Assembly: GCA_016931955.1 (NCBI GenBank)
Contig: JAFGDV010000002.1
Coordinates: forward strand, 32,001 to 96,000
DNA length: 64,000 nucleotides
Origin: Candidatus Altiarchaeota archaeon
Lineage (GTDB): Archaea; Altiarchaeota; Altiarchaeia; IMC4; QMZM01
Direction of reading: 5' to 3'
The notes beneath the pieces are model-generated. The model saw only the letters and a program-made list of their open reading frames with translations. It ran no database searches and was not told where the DNA came from. Within the stretch, counting starts at the first letter, position 1. Each line of letters begins with the position of its first letter. This document shows, one piece after another, positions 9,429 to 19,781 of the stretch. The position numbers and the translations under genes were made by a program.

Positions 9429-10703
9429 CTAGCCCACCTCCCTTTTAACCGCCTCAAGCGTCGGCTTAATAACAGTCGGCTTGTTCGCGAATCTGGAGAA
9501 GATCCCATCTAGTCTAGATAGGTGGTAGTTGATTGTTGCGTCAGGGTCCTTCAGTATGTTGCCCGTTATCACACAAGCAACCCTTTCTTTGGGATCTATT
9601 ACACCCGCCTCCATGAGTTTCTTTGCGCCTGCGACTGATGCTGCGGACGCTGGTTCGCAGCCTATACCCGATGCATCGACGATTGCTTTGGCATCCATGA
9701 TCTCCTGGTCGGTGACCTGCTCCACAACCCCGCAGGTCAGCTTTATCGCCCTCAATGCCTTCTTCCAGCTCACGGGGTTGCCTATCTTTATAGCCGTCGC
9801 TATGGTCTCTGGGTTCTCCACAGCCTCCAACTCCTTCAGATTGTTCTTCCACAGGCCATAGAATGGATTGGCTCCAGAAGCCTGTATTGAAGCGATCCTT
9901 GGTATTGAATCTATCAGCTCAAGCTCTACAAGCTCGTAAAATGCCTTCCCGAAGGCTGCTGTATTCCCCAGGTTACCGGCTGGGACTATGATCCAATCGG
10001 GTGGCTCCCATTTGAATTGCTGGACTAGTTCAAATATTATGGTCTTCTGGCCTTCAATCCTCCAGGGGTTTATCGAGTTCAGTAGATACATTCCCAACTC
10101 CTCTGCGGACTCCTGTACCAGGGACATAGCGTCGTCGAAGTTGCCGTTGACCTGGAGAACCTTGGCGCCATAAGCGAGCGCCTGAGACAGTTTTCCGAAC
10201 GCTATCATGCCTTCTGGGATGAAGACGATAGACCTCAGACCTGCAAGGGAGGCGTATGCTGCCATGGAAGCTGACGTGTTCCCTGTGGATGCACATGCTA
10301 CCGCATTCATACCCAAGCGTTTCGCCTCAGAGATTCCAGAGGTCATACCGCGGTCCTTGAACGAACCTGTAGGATTTTCGCCCTCATGCTTCAGCACTAT
10401 GTTACTTATCCCAGTATATTCCCGAACTCTCTGATGCGAGTAGAGGAAGGTATTACCTTCAGACTTTGAGACGATGTCTTTATCCAATACGATCGGGTTA
10501 ACGAGCTCACGAAATCGCCAGACTCCGCTGGTGTAAGGGAACTCCCTTGAACCTATCCTCTTGTCGAATAGCTCTTTTGATACAACCCCCCTCAGGGATT
10601 CCAGGTCAGGTACTGCATCCAGCAGGCCGCCGCAGACACACCTATTTATCGCGCCCCCGTCAAACGATTTATCGCATTCTATGCACTTGAGTTTTACGTC
10701 CAT
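9429..10703 (-). CDS. thrC: threonine synthase
   Basis: NPTGSFKDRG PLP lysine, CASTGNT, EGQKT, N-terminal Zn motif. Confidence 0.93.
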   Translation of the reverse strand: MDVKLKCIECDKSFDGGAINRCVCGGLLDAVPDLESLRGVVSKELFDKRIGSREFPYTSGVWRFRELVNPIVLDKDIVSKSEGNTFLYSHQRVREYTGISNIVLKHEGENPTGSFKDRGMTSGISEAKRLGMNAVACASTGNTSASMAAYASLAGLRSIVFIPEGMIAFGKLSQALAYGAKVLQVNGNFDDAMSLVQESAEELGMYLLNSINPWRIEGQKTIIFELVQQFKWEPPDWIIVPAGNLGNTAAFGKAFYELVELELIDSIPRIASIQASGANPFYGLWKNNLKELEAVENPETIATAIKIGNPVSWKKALRAIKLTCGVVEQVTDQEIMDAKAIVDASGIGCEPASAASVAGAKKLMEAGVIDPKERVACVITGNILKDPDATINYHLSRLDGIFSRFANKPTVIKPTLEAVKREVG

Positions 10704-10743
10704 CCTCTGTTATTATAGATTCTCATCAAAATAATATAACGTC

Positions 10744-11433
10744 ATGGAAGATAAAATCAAGGTGGTGTTCTTTGACATAGACGACACCCTCTATGATAGT
10801 AGCATGCAGACCGAACGGGCAAGGAAGAACGCCATTAAGGCGATGATAGAGGCCGGTCTGGATGTGGATGAGGATAAAGCGCTTGAAGTCCTCCATGGGA
10901 TGATCAAGAAATTCGGGTCCAATTACCAGTACCAGTTCGATGAACTGCTGAAGGAATTCGATTACGATCCCAATCCAAGGATAATAGCCGCTGGGGTTGT
11001 CGCATATCATACGACAAAGGTTGCCTATCTTGTCCCCTTTCCAGACACGGTGCCGATGCTTCTGAGGTTGAGGGATCTGAACTACAAGCTGGGCGTTATA
11101 ACGGATGGTATCGCAGTGAAGCAGTGGGAGAAATTGATACGCCTAGGAGTCCAACACTTTTTCCATTTTGTCACGATATCAGGTGACACTGGAAGTGAAA
11201 AACCCGACCCGGAGCTTTTTAGGAGAGCGATCGATAAGTCGGGTTGCGCCCCGGGCGAGACCATGATGGTTGGGGATAGATTAGACAAAGACGTCAAGGG
11301 GGCGAATGAGGCTGGCATGGTCACTGTCCAGGTTATGAGAGGAAAGTACCGTGAGGTTAAACCGAGGGAAGAAATCGAAAGACCTGATTATGTGGTATCC
11401 AAGCTGTCGGATATCCTGAGAATATTAGGTTAG
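10744..11433 (+). CDS. HAD-superfamily hydrolase (TIGR02253-like)
   Basis: FFDIDDTL, ITDG, KP, VGDRLDKDV. Confidence 0.9.
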   Translation: MEDKIKVVFFDIDDTLYDSSMQTERARKNAIKAMIEAGLDVDEDKALEVLHGMIKKFGSNYQYQFDELLKEFDYDPNPRIIAAGVVAYHTTKVAYLVPFPDTVPMLLRLRDLNYKLGVITDGIAVKQWEKLIRLGVQHFFHFVTISGDTGSEKPDPELFRRAIDKSGCAPGETMMVGDRLDKDVKGANEAGMVTVQVMRGKYREVKPREEIERPDYVVSKLSDILRILG

Positions 11434-11709
11434 TCGTCTATTCTCGATCTTGAGTACGTATCCTAACTTCATCGCCTCCTCTACTAGGAATTGATCAACG
11501 TCCATCGAGTAGGTTTTCGCTATGAGTATGTTGTTGAAGTAATAGAAGTTGTGCCCTTTCTCCGCAGTTGAAGGGGATGATAGTATCCCAAATACTATGT
11601 CGTTGTTTGGGAACTCATAGCGTGCTGTTTTCCCGTATTCCCCATCCCTCACGTGGCGTATCACCCTAACAACCGTCTTAGGTTTGACTATCCTATCCCC
11701 TTCGGCCAT
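11425..11709 (-). CDS. hypothetical protein
   Basis: ATG 1 nt after apgM stop on the same strand; fills the gap. Confidence 0.6.
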   Translation of the reverse strand: MAEGDRIVKPKTVVRVIRHVRDGEYGKTARYEFPNNDIVFGILSSPSTAEKGHNFYYFNNILIAKTYSMDVDQFLVEEAMKLGYVLKIENRRLT

Positions 11710-11710
11710 T

Positions 11711-12919
11711 TTATGCCCCCAACAATAGTTTCATGAATTCCTCCCCCTCCTTAAGACCGAAAAGACCCTTTGCTGCTGATCTTTCGTCATATGAGTTCAC
11801 TTCATCCCCTGAGCTATCTGTTGAGTATATTGTGAATGGTACTGGGTCGCTTATGTGTGTTCTCTCCTTTATTGGGGTCGCATGATCAGCTAATACAGCG
11901 ATCTTGAATTCCTTATCCTTTAATGAATTAAGGAGTCTGCCTATAAGTCTTGAATCAAGGTCCTCGATTGCCTTTATCTTCTTTTCAAGGCTGCCTTCAT
12001 GTGATGCTTCATCCGGCGCTTCCACGTGTATGTAAACAAGGTCTTTTTTCTTCAGTGCAGATAATGCCGCATCCGCCTTCCCTTCATAGTTCGTGTCCAA
12101 GTAGCCGGTAGCCCCCGGAACATTTATTACCTCAAGGCCGATGTAGACCCCTAAGCCCTTTAGTAGGTCCACTGCAGATATCATGGCGCCTTGTTTGCCG
12201 AATCTTTCGTTGAATTTCGGCAGGTTCAGTCTTCTGCCCGCCCCCCAGAGCCACAGCATGTTTGCCATTGGTTTTCCTTCCTTCTTTCTCATGAGGTTTA
12301 TGGGGTGTTCCTCCAGTACCCTCTTTGATTTTATTATGATATTATTTAACATTTCTGCCGTTTCATGCGCGGAATCATTCAGGGGCCTGACCAGATTTTT
12401 TTCAACCTCTCGATCGATCACGTCATGAGGCGGCTTACATGATATGTCTTCAGAATACCTACTCGATCTTAGAACAAGGATGTTGCGATAACTAACCCCA
12501 CTATAGAACTCTATCTCAGGTGAGCCAAACTCCTCTCCAACAGCCCCCATCAGCTCACGAGCTTCCCCTGTAGTTATATGACCCCCACTATAATCCCTAA
12601 GGATTCCATCCTCCACAGTAACCAGATTACACCTAAATGCTATATCCTGGACTCCCAACCGTATGCCCTGGCTTGCGGCTTCCAGAGGCCCCCTGCCACC
12701 CGTATGATATTTCCTCGGATCATAGCCAAGAATGGAGAGATTAGCTACATCACTGCTAAGGGGCATGCCCTTGAATAGGGTCCTCAATAGTCCAGAACAT
12801 CCCATCTCTGCAATGTGGTCCATGTTGGGCTTTCTTGCAACCATTAAGGGTGTTTTACCACCTAACTCCTCTATTGGACGATCCGCCATACCGTCCCCAA
12901 CGACGACAATATACTTCAT
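11711..12919 (-). CDS. apgM: cofactor-independent phosphoglycerate mutase family (ApgM)
   Basis: GDGMAD, SDVAN, GRGPLEA, AFRCN, HVEAPDEASH, DHATP. Confidence 0.9.
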   Translation of the reverse strand: MKYIVVVGDGMADRPIEELGGKTPLMVARKPNMDHIAEMGCSGLLRTLFKGMPLSSDVANLSILGYDPRKYHTGGRGPLEAASQGIRLGVQDIAFRCNLVTVEDGILRDYSGGHITTGEARELMGAVGEEFGSPEIEFYSGVSYRNILVLRSSRYSEDISCKPPHDVIDREVEKNLVRPLNDSAHETAEMLNNIIIKSKRVLEEHPINLMRKKEGKPMANMLWLWGAGRRLNLPKFNERFGKQGAMISAVDLLKGLGVYIGLEVINVPGATGYLDTNYEGKADAALSALKKKDLVYIHVEAPDEASHEGSLEKKIKAIEDLDSRLIGRLLNSLKDKEFKIAVLADHATPIKERTHISDPVPFTIYSTDSSGDEVNSYDERSAAKGLFGLKEGEEFMKLLLGA

Positions 12920-12961
12920 TTTATACTTTTAATTATGTTTTCACCTTAATAATTACTTAAC

Positions 12962-13426
12962 ATGCTCTCAGAGAAACTATCCATAAGAGCGTTCAAGGAA
13001 GACGATGCAAGACAGGTTGTGAGGCTTCACCACGAATCCTCGGAGAGATTTGAGGAATTAGAGATAACTGAGGACTTCATAAACAGCATCGCTCAGAGAA
13101 GTGACTTCAAATTTTTTGTCGCAGGCGATGGCGAAGAGGTCACAGGCTTCATAGGGCTTCTGTTTCATGTCAACGTTGGACGGGCGGAGGTAGGCCCAAT
13201 ATGCGTAAATCCACTGCATAGGAGGAGGGGCATAGGCACAAAGCTTCTGGACTACACTACCAACTTCCTAAAGCAAGCGGGTGTAAAGAGGATAATAGCC
13301 AAGGTGAAACTCAATAACGAAGAAGCTATCGACTTCTTCAAAGCCAACGGCTTCGTCGAGGAGGGACACTTCAAGGAATACACAGTCAAAGGCGAGGATG
13401 TGGTCCAGTTGAGAAGGTTCATCTGA
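12962..13426 (+). CDS. GNAT acetyltransferase
   Basis: Motif A HRRRGIG, N..A..FF...GF. Confidence 0.88.
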   Translation: MLSEKLSIRAFKEDDARQVVRLHHESSERFEELEITEDFINSIAQRSDFKFFVAGDGEEVTGFIGLLFHVNVGRAEVGPICVNPLHRRRGIGTKLLDYTTNFLKQAGVKRIIAKVKLNNEEAIDFFKANGFVEEGHFKEYTVKGEDVVQLRRFI

Positions 13427-13442
13427 TGTCTGAGTATTATGT

Positions 13443-13507
13443 TATACTTTTAAATCCCAGATACACATAATTTTACTATACTTTTTTAATCAAAGACACT
13501 CATAATT
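13443..13507 (+). repeat. imperfect ~30-bp direct repeat in the promoter region of the surface-protein gene
   Basis: tatacttttaaatcccagatacacataatt and tatacttttttaatcaaagacactcataatt. Confidence 0.45.
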
Positions 13508-13536
13508 ATAATTATTGCTTACTAGTGACGATTACG

Positions 13537-15570
13537 ATGATTAAGCGGTTCACCCACATATCCCTGATCTTGCTCTTGCTAGCTTCTATAGCATCGGCAG
13601 CGTATATAGACGAGATAGAAACAAAACCAAAGGACATCGATCCTAATGGAGAATTCACCATCAAGGTGTATCTTGGGGGGGAAACCTGCGGTATTCAGAT
13701 GAAGATCTACGTAGACGACAAATTATTCTCCTCAAAGAACATCGGCTGTGAGAACGATGAGGTGGAGACGAACGAGTGGGATCTGAGCAAAGACATCCTG
13801 GAATGCGGAGTCCACAAGCTGCAGGTTGATCTGATCGACAGCGGATCCCTTATTCAGACAAAAAAAGTCGACCTGAACATAGGGAATGCTCCACAGATTA
13901 CGATAAGCCCAAAGGAGCCAATCCCCAACGCTGAAACAACGATAACCTTCAAGGACAGGGAAACAGGAAAGCTTTTGAGCGACATTGACGTCAGGATATT
14001 CAATATAAGAGATGGAGCCTCATCCGCCAAAGAATACTCAACAAACAATAAGGGCGAGATAAAATTCATATCAGATAGTGTCGGTGATTTCAGGCTCACT
14101 GTCGAAGACCCAAAGTACTGCGGAACCCTTGACTTCTGGATTAGAAAAACCATGCCATTTGCAGGCCCATTCCCCGAGGACCCGGTAGTCGGTGAAAGGA
14201 TAGGTGTCGCGGTCCCAGCTGGCGTCGGCGTAAAGTACATCGACTCCGAGGGCAACGTTTACCCCCTGAGAAACCTTGGTGGGGGGGTTAACCTCACCAT
14301 CAACGAGGCGGGCGATTACACGCTCATCGCGGGGGATGTGGGCATCATATACTGGAGGGTGGTGAAGAACTTCACCGTCTCCGATAAATCACGGATGAGT
14401 GCGAAGATTGAACCAGAAAAGGCAGTAACGAACAAGGTGGTTTTACTAACAGTAACAACTCGGGGAGAGCCCATATCCAACACACCAGTTAAGATAACAA
14501 AGCCCATAGGCGGCTCTGAAACATTAGAGACGAATGCCAATGGCGAGATAAGGTTCACTCCTGAAACCGTGGGTACATACCACTATAAGGTAGAGAAACA
14601 ACGCTATGAAACCCTTGAAGGGGACGTATCTGCTAATAACGCCTTCACTGTAGAGATAACGCCATATGAACCAACTGCAGACGAGGACATAACATTGAAT
14701 GTCACAAACCAATTGGGTAACAGGGTAGATAACGCGATGGTTTATATCGAAGACTCCTCAGGTATTGTTGTAACCGAGAGAACAGGCTTTGATGGCTCTT
14801 TTAAATTCAGGCTATCTGACCCCAGGGAGTACACGATTAGGGTACAGAAGGAAGGCTTCTGGGATCTTGAGGATAGGATAAGGGTCTATGGAGTAATATC
14901 AATCAAGCTGTGTCCAAATGAAATGGAGATAGGCGATGAAATGCGTATATCAATAACGGACAATGAGGGTATGGAGACCCCAGCAGGGATAACGGTGACC
15001 AAGCCAGACGGCAGAACAGAGACCATAAGGAATACCACGTATAAGCCGGCAAGGGTTGGCGTGTACACAATAGAAGCCTCGAAAACAGATTACAGAACAG
15101 TCTCGGCAGAACTGACCGTCAACCCGCACCCCATAGAGGTCACGCCCACCATAGTAGACAACAACATCATCGTAGTTTTAGAAAGCCACGATAAGCCTGT
15201 TTCAGGACTTACGGTCTTGATCACCACACCCAATGGTGAGGTGCAGGCTTTGACGGACGAAAACGGAATCGTTAAAGCGCCGGTGAACAAGGAGGGCAAC
15301 CTCACCATCAGCGTGAACAACATAGACACAAATGACGAATACGAGAATTTGATAATAAGGAGGCGAATAGCGAAACAATACGACTTCATCCTCTTGATCC
15401 TGCCAGTGTTCTTTGTAATCATCGTTACCTTCTTAACGATACTCGTAATAGAGTACTTCCACAGACAGAAAAAGAAAACAGACAAGGGAGAGGGACTATT
15501 CCATGGATCCAAGGAGACGAAAACAAGCGCCTATGGATCCAAGGAAAAGAAGACAAGCCTCCGGGGTTAG
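13537..15570 (+). CDS. membrane-anchored cell-surface protein with Ig-like repeats
   Basis: Signal peptide; repeated T-x-x-x-G / G-x-Y-x-I / K-x-x-Y beta modules; C-terminal TM and basic tail. Confidence 0.8.
   Translation: MIKRFTHISLILLLLASIASAAYIDEIETKPKDIDPNGEFTIKVYLGGETCGIQMKIYVDDKLFSSKNIGCENDEVETNEWDLSKDILECGVHKLQVDLIDSGSLIQTKKVDLNIGNAPQITISPKEPIPNAETTITFKDRETGKLLSDIDVRIFNIRDGASSAKEYSTNNKGEIKFISDSVGDFRLTVEDPKYCGTLDFWIRKTMPFAGPFPEDPVVGERIGVAVPAGVGVKYIDSEGNVYPLRNLGGGVNLTINEAGDYTLIAGDVGIIYWRVVKNFTVSDKSRMSAKIEPEKAVTNKVVLLTVTTRGEPISNTPVKITKPIGGSETLETNANGEIRFTPETVGTYHYKVEKQRYETLEGDVSANNAFTVEITPYEPTADEDITLNVTNQLGNRVDNAMVYIEDSSGIVVTERTGFDGSFKFRLSDPREYTIRVQKEGFWDLEDRIRVYGVISIKLCPNEMEIGDEMRISITDNEGMETPAGITVTKPDGRTETIRNTTYKPARVGVYTIEASKTDYRTVSAELTVNPHPIEVTPTIVDNNIIVVLESHDKPVSGLTVLITTPNGEVQALTDENGIVKAPVNKEGNLTISVNNIDTNDEYENLIIRRRIAKQYDFILLILPVFFVIIVTFLTILVIEYFHRQKKKTDKGEGLFHGSKETKTSAYGSKEKKTSLRG
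15501..15560 (+). repeat. 30-bp imperfect tandem duplication in the C-terminal tail
   Basis: ccatggatccaaggagacgaaaacaagcgc / ctatggatccaaggaaaagaagacaagcct (HGSKETKTSA / YGSKEKKTSL). Confidence 0.6.
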
Positions 15571-15614
15571 GGAGTAGATATTTATATCCATCTAACACAT
15601 AATCTTAGTGTAAG

Positions 15615-17762
15615 ATGAAGCCCATTATTTCTCATATCCTGTGGATCGGCATTTTTACATTACTTGTCTGGGGATTTCTCGCACCCCTGGTTGATGCTGC
15701 CTTTGATATTGGTATGGACATAGAATTAAGCGATACCGAGATCGACGCAGGCGATTCATTCAATGTCCGGATAAACATCACCAACAAAGACGATGAGGAT
15801 ATAGAAACATCAGATGACATACGGATAACGATCGAGGCCGATGGTGATGTAGTCCACTATGATATAGAGAACAGGAACATACCAGAGAATACATCAGAGA
15901 TCATAAGCATTTCATCAAGTAATTTTAAGACAGATGAGGGGGAGGATATATGGGGCGAGTCCCTCATGGGCTACGAATGTGGGAGTATCAGCTTAAAGGT
16001 GACCGTTTCAGGCGATGTTAAATCATCAAGTGATAGTGAAACCGTGAAGATCGTAGGCGATAAGCTCTACGTCGCCATGGAGCCTGAAAACCCCACCACT
16101 GGAAAAAATATAGGGGTTCAAGTCGAAGACGAAAACGGCGACCCACTTGATGACATATATGTGAGAATAGTGCGGCTTGGGGATGCAGGGTGGGATATCG
16201 ACGACGTGAAGAGGGAGAAAAAAACAGACAACGGTGAGGCAACATTCGACGCTGTGGATGAGGACTTTCGGTTCAAAGACGACCCCTACGGAAAATACCA
16301 ATTGAGTGTCTGGGAGGACGGCTACTGCCTTTACAGGAAGGCCTTCGAAGTCACAAACAAGCTCAAGATAACAGAGGCTCCTGAAAACCCATATGCCGGA
16401 GATGAGATAAAGGTGAAAATCCTGGACATAAATGACAACAGAGTGGAGGGAGCAAGGGTAGCGGTAAGCGGTGTAGGCGGTTTAGTCGGCTCATACAACT
16501 CGGACAGCAGCGGTTATGCTAAATTCAAATTAGAGAGCCAAGGAAGCTATACCCTCCTCGCCTCAAAGACAGGTTATGAGGATAGTGACATTGTCTCAAT
16601 AACGGTCAAGGACAGGAGGGGTATGGACGTTAGGATTGATCCAATAAAGCAAGCGATAGGGCAGGATGTTTCAATAACGATAACCTCTGGGGGGAATCCC
16701 ATAGAAAACGCCGAGGTCATGATAGAGAAACCCGACGGCTCAAAGGACACCCTGTCAACATCCTCAACAGGGAAGATGGTCTACAAGCCAAGCATGTCTG
16801 GCACATATGATATAACAGTCAAAAAACAGGGCTATGAAACAACAACTTCCAGTTTCATTGCTATGAATTTCTTCAATGTCTCAGTTCCAGAGAAGCTAGA
16901 GCTAAAAGATGAAGTAACCATTACAGTGAGGAACCAAGACGGCAGAAACATTGAAGGCGCTTCCGTCGAAATCGTGGGTTCGATCATCAACGGCTTGACG
17001 GATTCCGCGGGTAAATTTAGCTTCATCTTGGATAACGTAGGTGAGTACGTCTTATCGATAAAGAAAGAGGGCTACGAGGATTATAGTGAGAAGCTAACCT
17101 TTTATGGGAGCCTTACGGTGAGGGTAACCCCTGAGGTGATAGACCTGGGTGATTCAGTGGAGATAAGGGTACTGGATGAAGAAGGAAGAGAGATTGACGT
17201 AGACATGGTCATAGAGAAACCAGATGGTAGAAAGGAGAACATCAAGGGAAGCACTCATACATTAACGCCCAACTTGGCTGGATCCTACAACGTAACGGCG
17301 AACAAAAGGTATTACACACCATCAACAGCTGACTTCACGGTCAACCCCTACCAACTTGACCTTAACGTCTGGGTGAGTGGCAGTAATCTGATGATAAAGG
17401 CAACCAGGAACAATGAACCGGTTGGAAACATCAGCGTGTCTGTTCTGACACCCGACGATGACGAAATCTTCCTCAAAACTGATGAGGAGGGTGTTGCAAG
17501 GCTCAACATAAGGGAACTAAACCAGACTGGGACCTTCACCATAAGTTCTGTGGACATCAACTACGAGAAAAAAACAGTCACAAGGGAGATAACTGGTGCT
17601 GGAGAGAACCTTCTGCCACTGCTTCTGTTGATAATATTGGTCGTGGTATTGCTTATCATACTGATATCCCTTACCCTGTATATAAGCCACAAGAGCAAAA
17701 GAAGCGCCTTACCAAGTGAAAAAACAAAGAAAACAAAGGGTGGAGGCCTCGGTAGGCTCTGA
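15615..17762 (+). CDS. paralogous membrane-anchored cell-surface protein with Ig-like repeats
   Basis: Same architecture as the upstream gene (KPDG, KxGY, TDEEG modules), signal peptide, C-terminal TM. Confidence 0.8.
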   Translation: MKPIISHILWIGIFTLLVWGFLAPLVDAAFDIGMDIELSDTEIDAGDSFNVRINITNKDDEDIETSDDIRITIEADGDVVHYDIENRNIPENTSEIISISSSNFKTDEGEDIWGESLMGYECGSISLKVTVSGDVKSSSDSETVKIVGDKLYVAMEPENPTTGKNIGVQVEDENGDPLDDIYVRIVRLGDAGWDIDDVKREKKTDNGEATFDAVDEDFRFKDDPYGKYQLSVWEDGYCLYRKAFEVTNKLKITEAPENPYAGDEIKVKILDINDNRVEGARVAVSGVGGLVGSYNSDSSGYAKFKLESQGSYTLLASKTGYEDSDIVSITVKDRRGMDVRIDPIKQAIGQDVSITITSGGNPIENAEVMIEKPDGSKDTLSTSSTGKMVYKPSMSGTYDITVKKQGYETTTSSFIAMNFFNVSVPEKLELKDEVTITVRNQDGRNIEGASVEIVGSIINGLTDSAGKFSFILDNVGEYVLSIKKEGYEDYSEKLTFYGSLTVRVTPEVIDLGDSVEIRVLDEEGREIDVDMVIEKPDGRKENIKGSTHTLTPNLAGSYNVTANKRYYTPSTADFTVNPYQLDLNVWVSGSNLMIKATRNNEPVGNISVSVLTPDDDEIFLKTDEEGVARLNIRELNQTGTFTISSVDINYEKKTVTREITGAGENLLPLLLLIILVVVLLIILISLTLYISHKSKRSALPSEKTKKTKGGGLGRL

Positions 17763-17809
17763 CCAACTTCTTCTGCTATTTATCCTCTCTAGTCCATTCT
17801 TATAACACT

Positions 17810-18862
17810 ATGATAGAAGTAAACACCAACATACTGGGCTCATTTGCTTTAAAGGGAGGGAGGATAATAAAGAAGATACTCTTCCCAAAAGACACGATAA
17901 AACTCGCAGAAAAACTTATGGAAATAGAAAACGCCGTCTGTGATGAAGAAAAAGAGCTTATCTCTTATTTGTTGGAAACTGGAACGAAATCCATAAAGCT
18001 CAGGGACCCGGACAGATTCTCCATGTATCGTGGGGATATGGATTTACTTGAAGACAAGACCCCAACCAGTTTGTTGGATATCGCATCAGAGCTGGGGATA
18101 CCTGAGAAAGATGTTACCAAACTGCTGGATAGCGTTAATCTGGAGATAACCAAGGTAAGGATGAGGGAGATAAGCAGGGACCAGCTTATAATGCAGGCTG
18201 TCGCATCTATCGATGAATTGGAGGAATCAATAAATACACTTATAAAGAGGCTTCGTGAATGGTATTCCCTGAATTTCCCAGAACTCGATTTTTTGGTGAA
18301 AAAACATGACTTATATGCTAAGCTTGTGAGCTCTGACCTAAGAGATGCTGATGAGGGTCTAAGAAAGAGTATTGAGGAAGCTAGGAAGCAAACCCTTGGC
18401 GTGGACTTCTCCGAGGAGGACAAAAAATCAGTAAAGTACCTGTCAGATAGTATTTTAGGTCTTTACATGGCTGAACAGAACATTGAGTCATACATCGAAG
18501 AGGCTATGGGGGGTATAGCTCCGAACATGGCTGCACTGGCTGGCCCCATACTCTCCGCCAGGATTATCTCGCTTGCTGGAGGCTTAGAGAGGCTGGCTAA
18601 ACTGCCGGCGAGCACAATCCAGGTTTTGGGTGCAGAGGATTCCTTCTTTAGGTTCCTGAGGACTGGGGAGAGGCCACCCAAACATGGGGTGATATTCCAG
18701 CTCCCTGAGATAAGGTCCGCACCAAAGAAGGTCAGGGGTAAGGTATCTCGCATCTTTGCCGCTAAGATGGCCATCGCCGCTAGAACTGACTTCTTTAGGG
18801 GGGAATTTATTGGGGATAAGCTCAGGGGTGACTTTTTAGGGAAGCTAGAAAAGTTGAAATGA
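17810..18862 (+). CDS. nop5: C/D box sRNP subunit Nop5 (Nop56/58)
   Basis: LREWYSLNFPEL, APNM, PASTIQVLGAE, PKHGVIFQ. Confidence 0.92.
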   Translation: MIEVNTNILGSFALKGGRIIKKILFPKDTIKLAEKLMEIENAVCDEEKELISYLLETGTKSIKLRDPDRFSMYRGDMDLLEDKTPTSLLDIASELGIPEKDVTKLLDSVNLEITKVRMREISRDQLIMQAVASIDELEESINTLIKRLREWYSLNFPELDFLVKKHDLYAKLVSSDLRDADEGLRKSIEEARKQTLGVDFSEEDKKSVKYLSDSILGLYMAEQNIESYIEEAMGGIAPNMAALAGPILSARIISLAGGLERLAKLPASTIQVLGAEDSFFRFLRTGERPPKHGVIFQLPEIRSAPKKVRGKVSRIFAAKMAIAARTDFFRGEFIGDKLRGDFLGKLEKLK

Positions 18863-19764
18863 ATCCGGAGGTTACTTCATTGGGTGATGTAAACGTCGAC
18901 ATCATCACAGCGAAGTTGGAGAACATGCCTGAAAGGGATTCCCAGACTCTTGTTCCAACTATTAGATTAAGCTCTGGGGGTTGTGCTGCAAACCTCGCTA
19001 AGGCCTTGAACAGGCTCGGAACAAAGGCGAGGTTAATCGGCAAGGTGGGGGATGACTTCTTCGGTGGTTTCCTTGGGGGTGACTTGGAAGGCGTCGACCT
19101 GAGGCTTTCAGTCGGCAGTAGAACTGGCATTACTGTTGGAATCACCTTCGAAGACAATACAAGGTCTTTTATAACCTATCCGGGATCGAATTCGGAATTG
19201 GTTTATGGGGACATAGACTTTGATCTTATCGAGGGTAGATGCCTCCACATCGCGAGCTTCTTCCTCCAAGGCCTAAGGGAGAACACGAAAAAAATCCTTG
19301 ATTTCGCCCACAGCAAGGGGATGGTTACCTCATTTGACACGGGATGGGATCCACGTGGTTGGTCTTCTGGGGACCAGGAATTGGTAAGAGAAACCCTGAA
19401 ACACGTTGACTTGTTTTTCCCCAACGTAAAGGAGGGAGAAGCGATTACTGAAGCTCGGGATGAGCGGACTATTTGCGGGAGGCTTCTGGATATGGGTCCA
19501 CGGGTTGTTGCACTGAAGGCTGGGAACAGGGGGTGTTATGTAGCCAGTGAGGGTGATTTTTTCTTTGTACCCTCTTTTAGGGTTGATTCCTTAGACACTA
19601 CAGGTGCAGGGGATGTGTTTGATGCGGGTTTTGTCTATGGTTATCTCAAGGGCTGGGATCTTGAACTGATGGGTAGATTCGCGAACGCTGCTGCCGCATT
19701 AAGCACCACAGGCTATGGAACCCAAAAGTACCCGACCCTTGAGGAAGTGGGGAAACTGCTGTAA
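18859..19764 (+). CDS. PfkB family carbohydrate kinase
   Basis: GGCAAN, GKVGDD, DTTGAGDVF. Confidence 0.92.
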   Translation: MNPEVTSLGDVNVDIITAKLENMPERDSQTLVPTIRLSSGGCAANLAKALNRLGTKARLIGKVGDDFFGGFLGGDLEGVDLRLSVGSRTGITVGITFEDNTRSFITYPGSNSELVYGDIDFDLIEGRCLHIASFFLQGLRENTKKILDFAHSKGMVTSFDTGWDPRGWSSGDQELVRETLKHVDLFFPNVKEGEAITEARDERTICGRLLDMGPRVVALKAGNRGCYVASEGDFFFVPSFRVDSLDTTGAGDVFDAGFVYGYLKGWDLELMGRFANAAAALSTTGYGTQKYPTLEEVGKLL

Positions 19765-19781
19765 GCCATCAGAAAAGGTGT

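Noticed and set aside
17810-19764. nop5 followed by pfkB rather than fibrillarin
   Set aside because: Simple gene-order variation; fibrillarin is probably elsewhere
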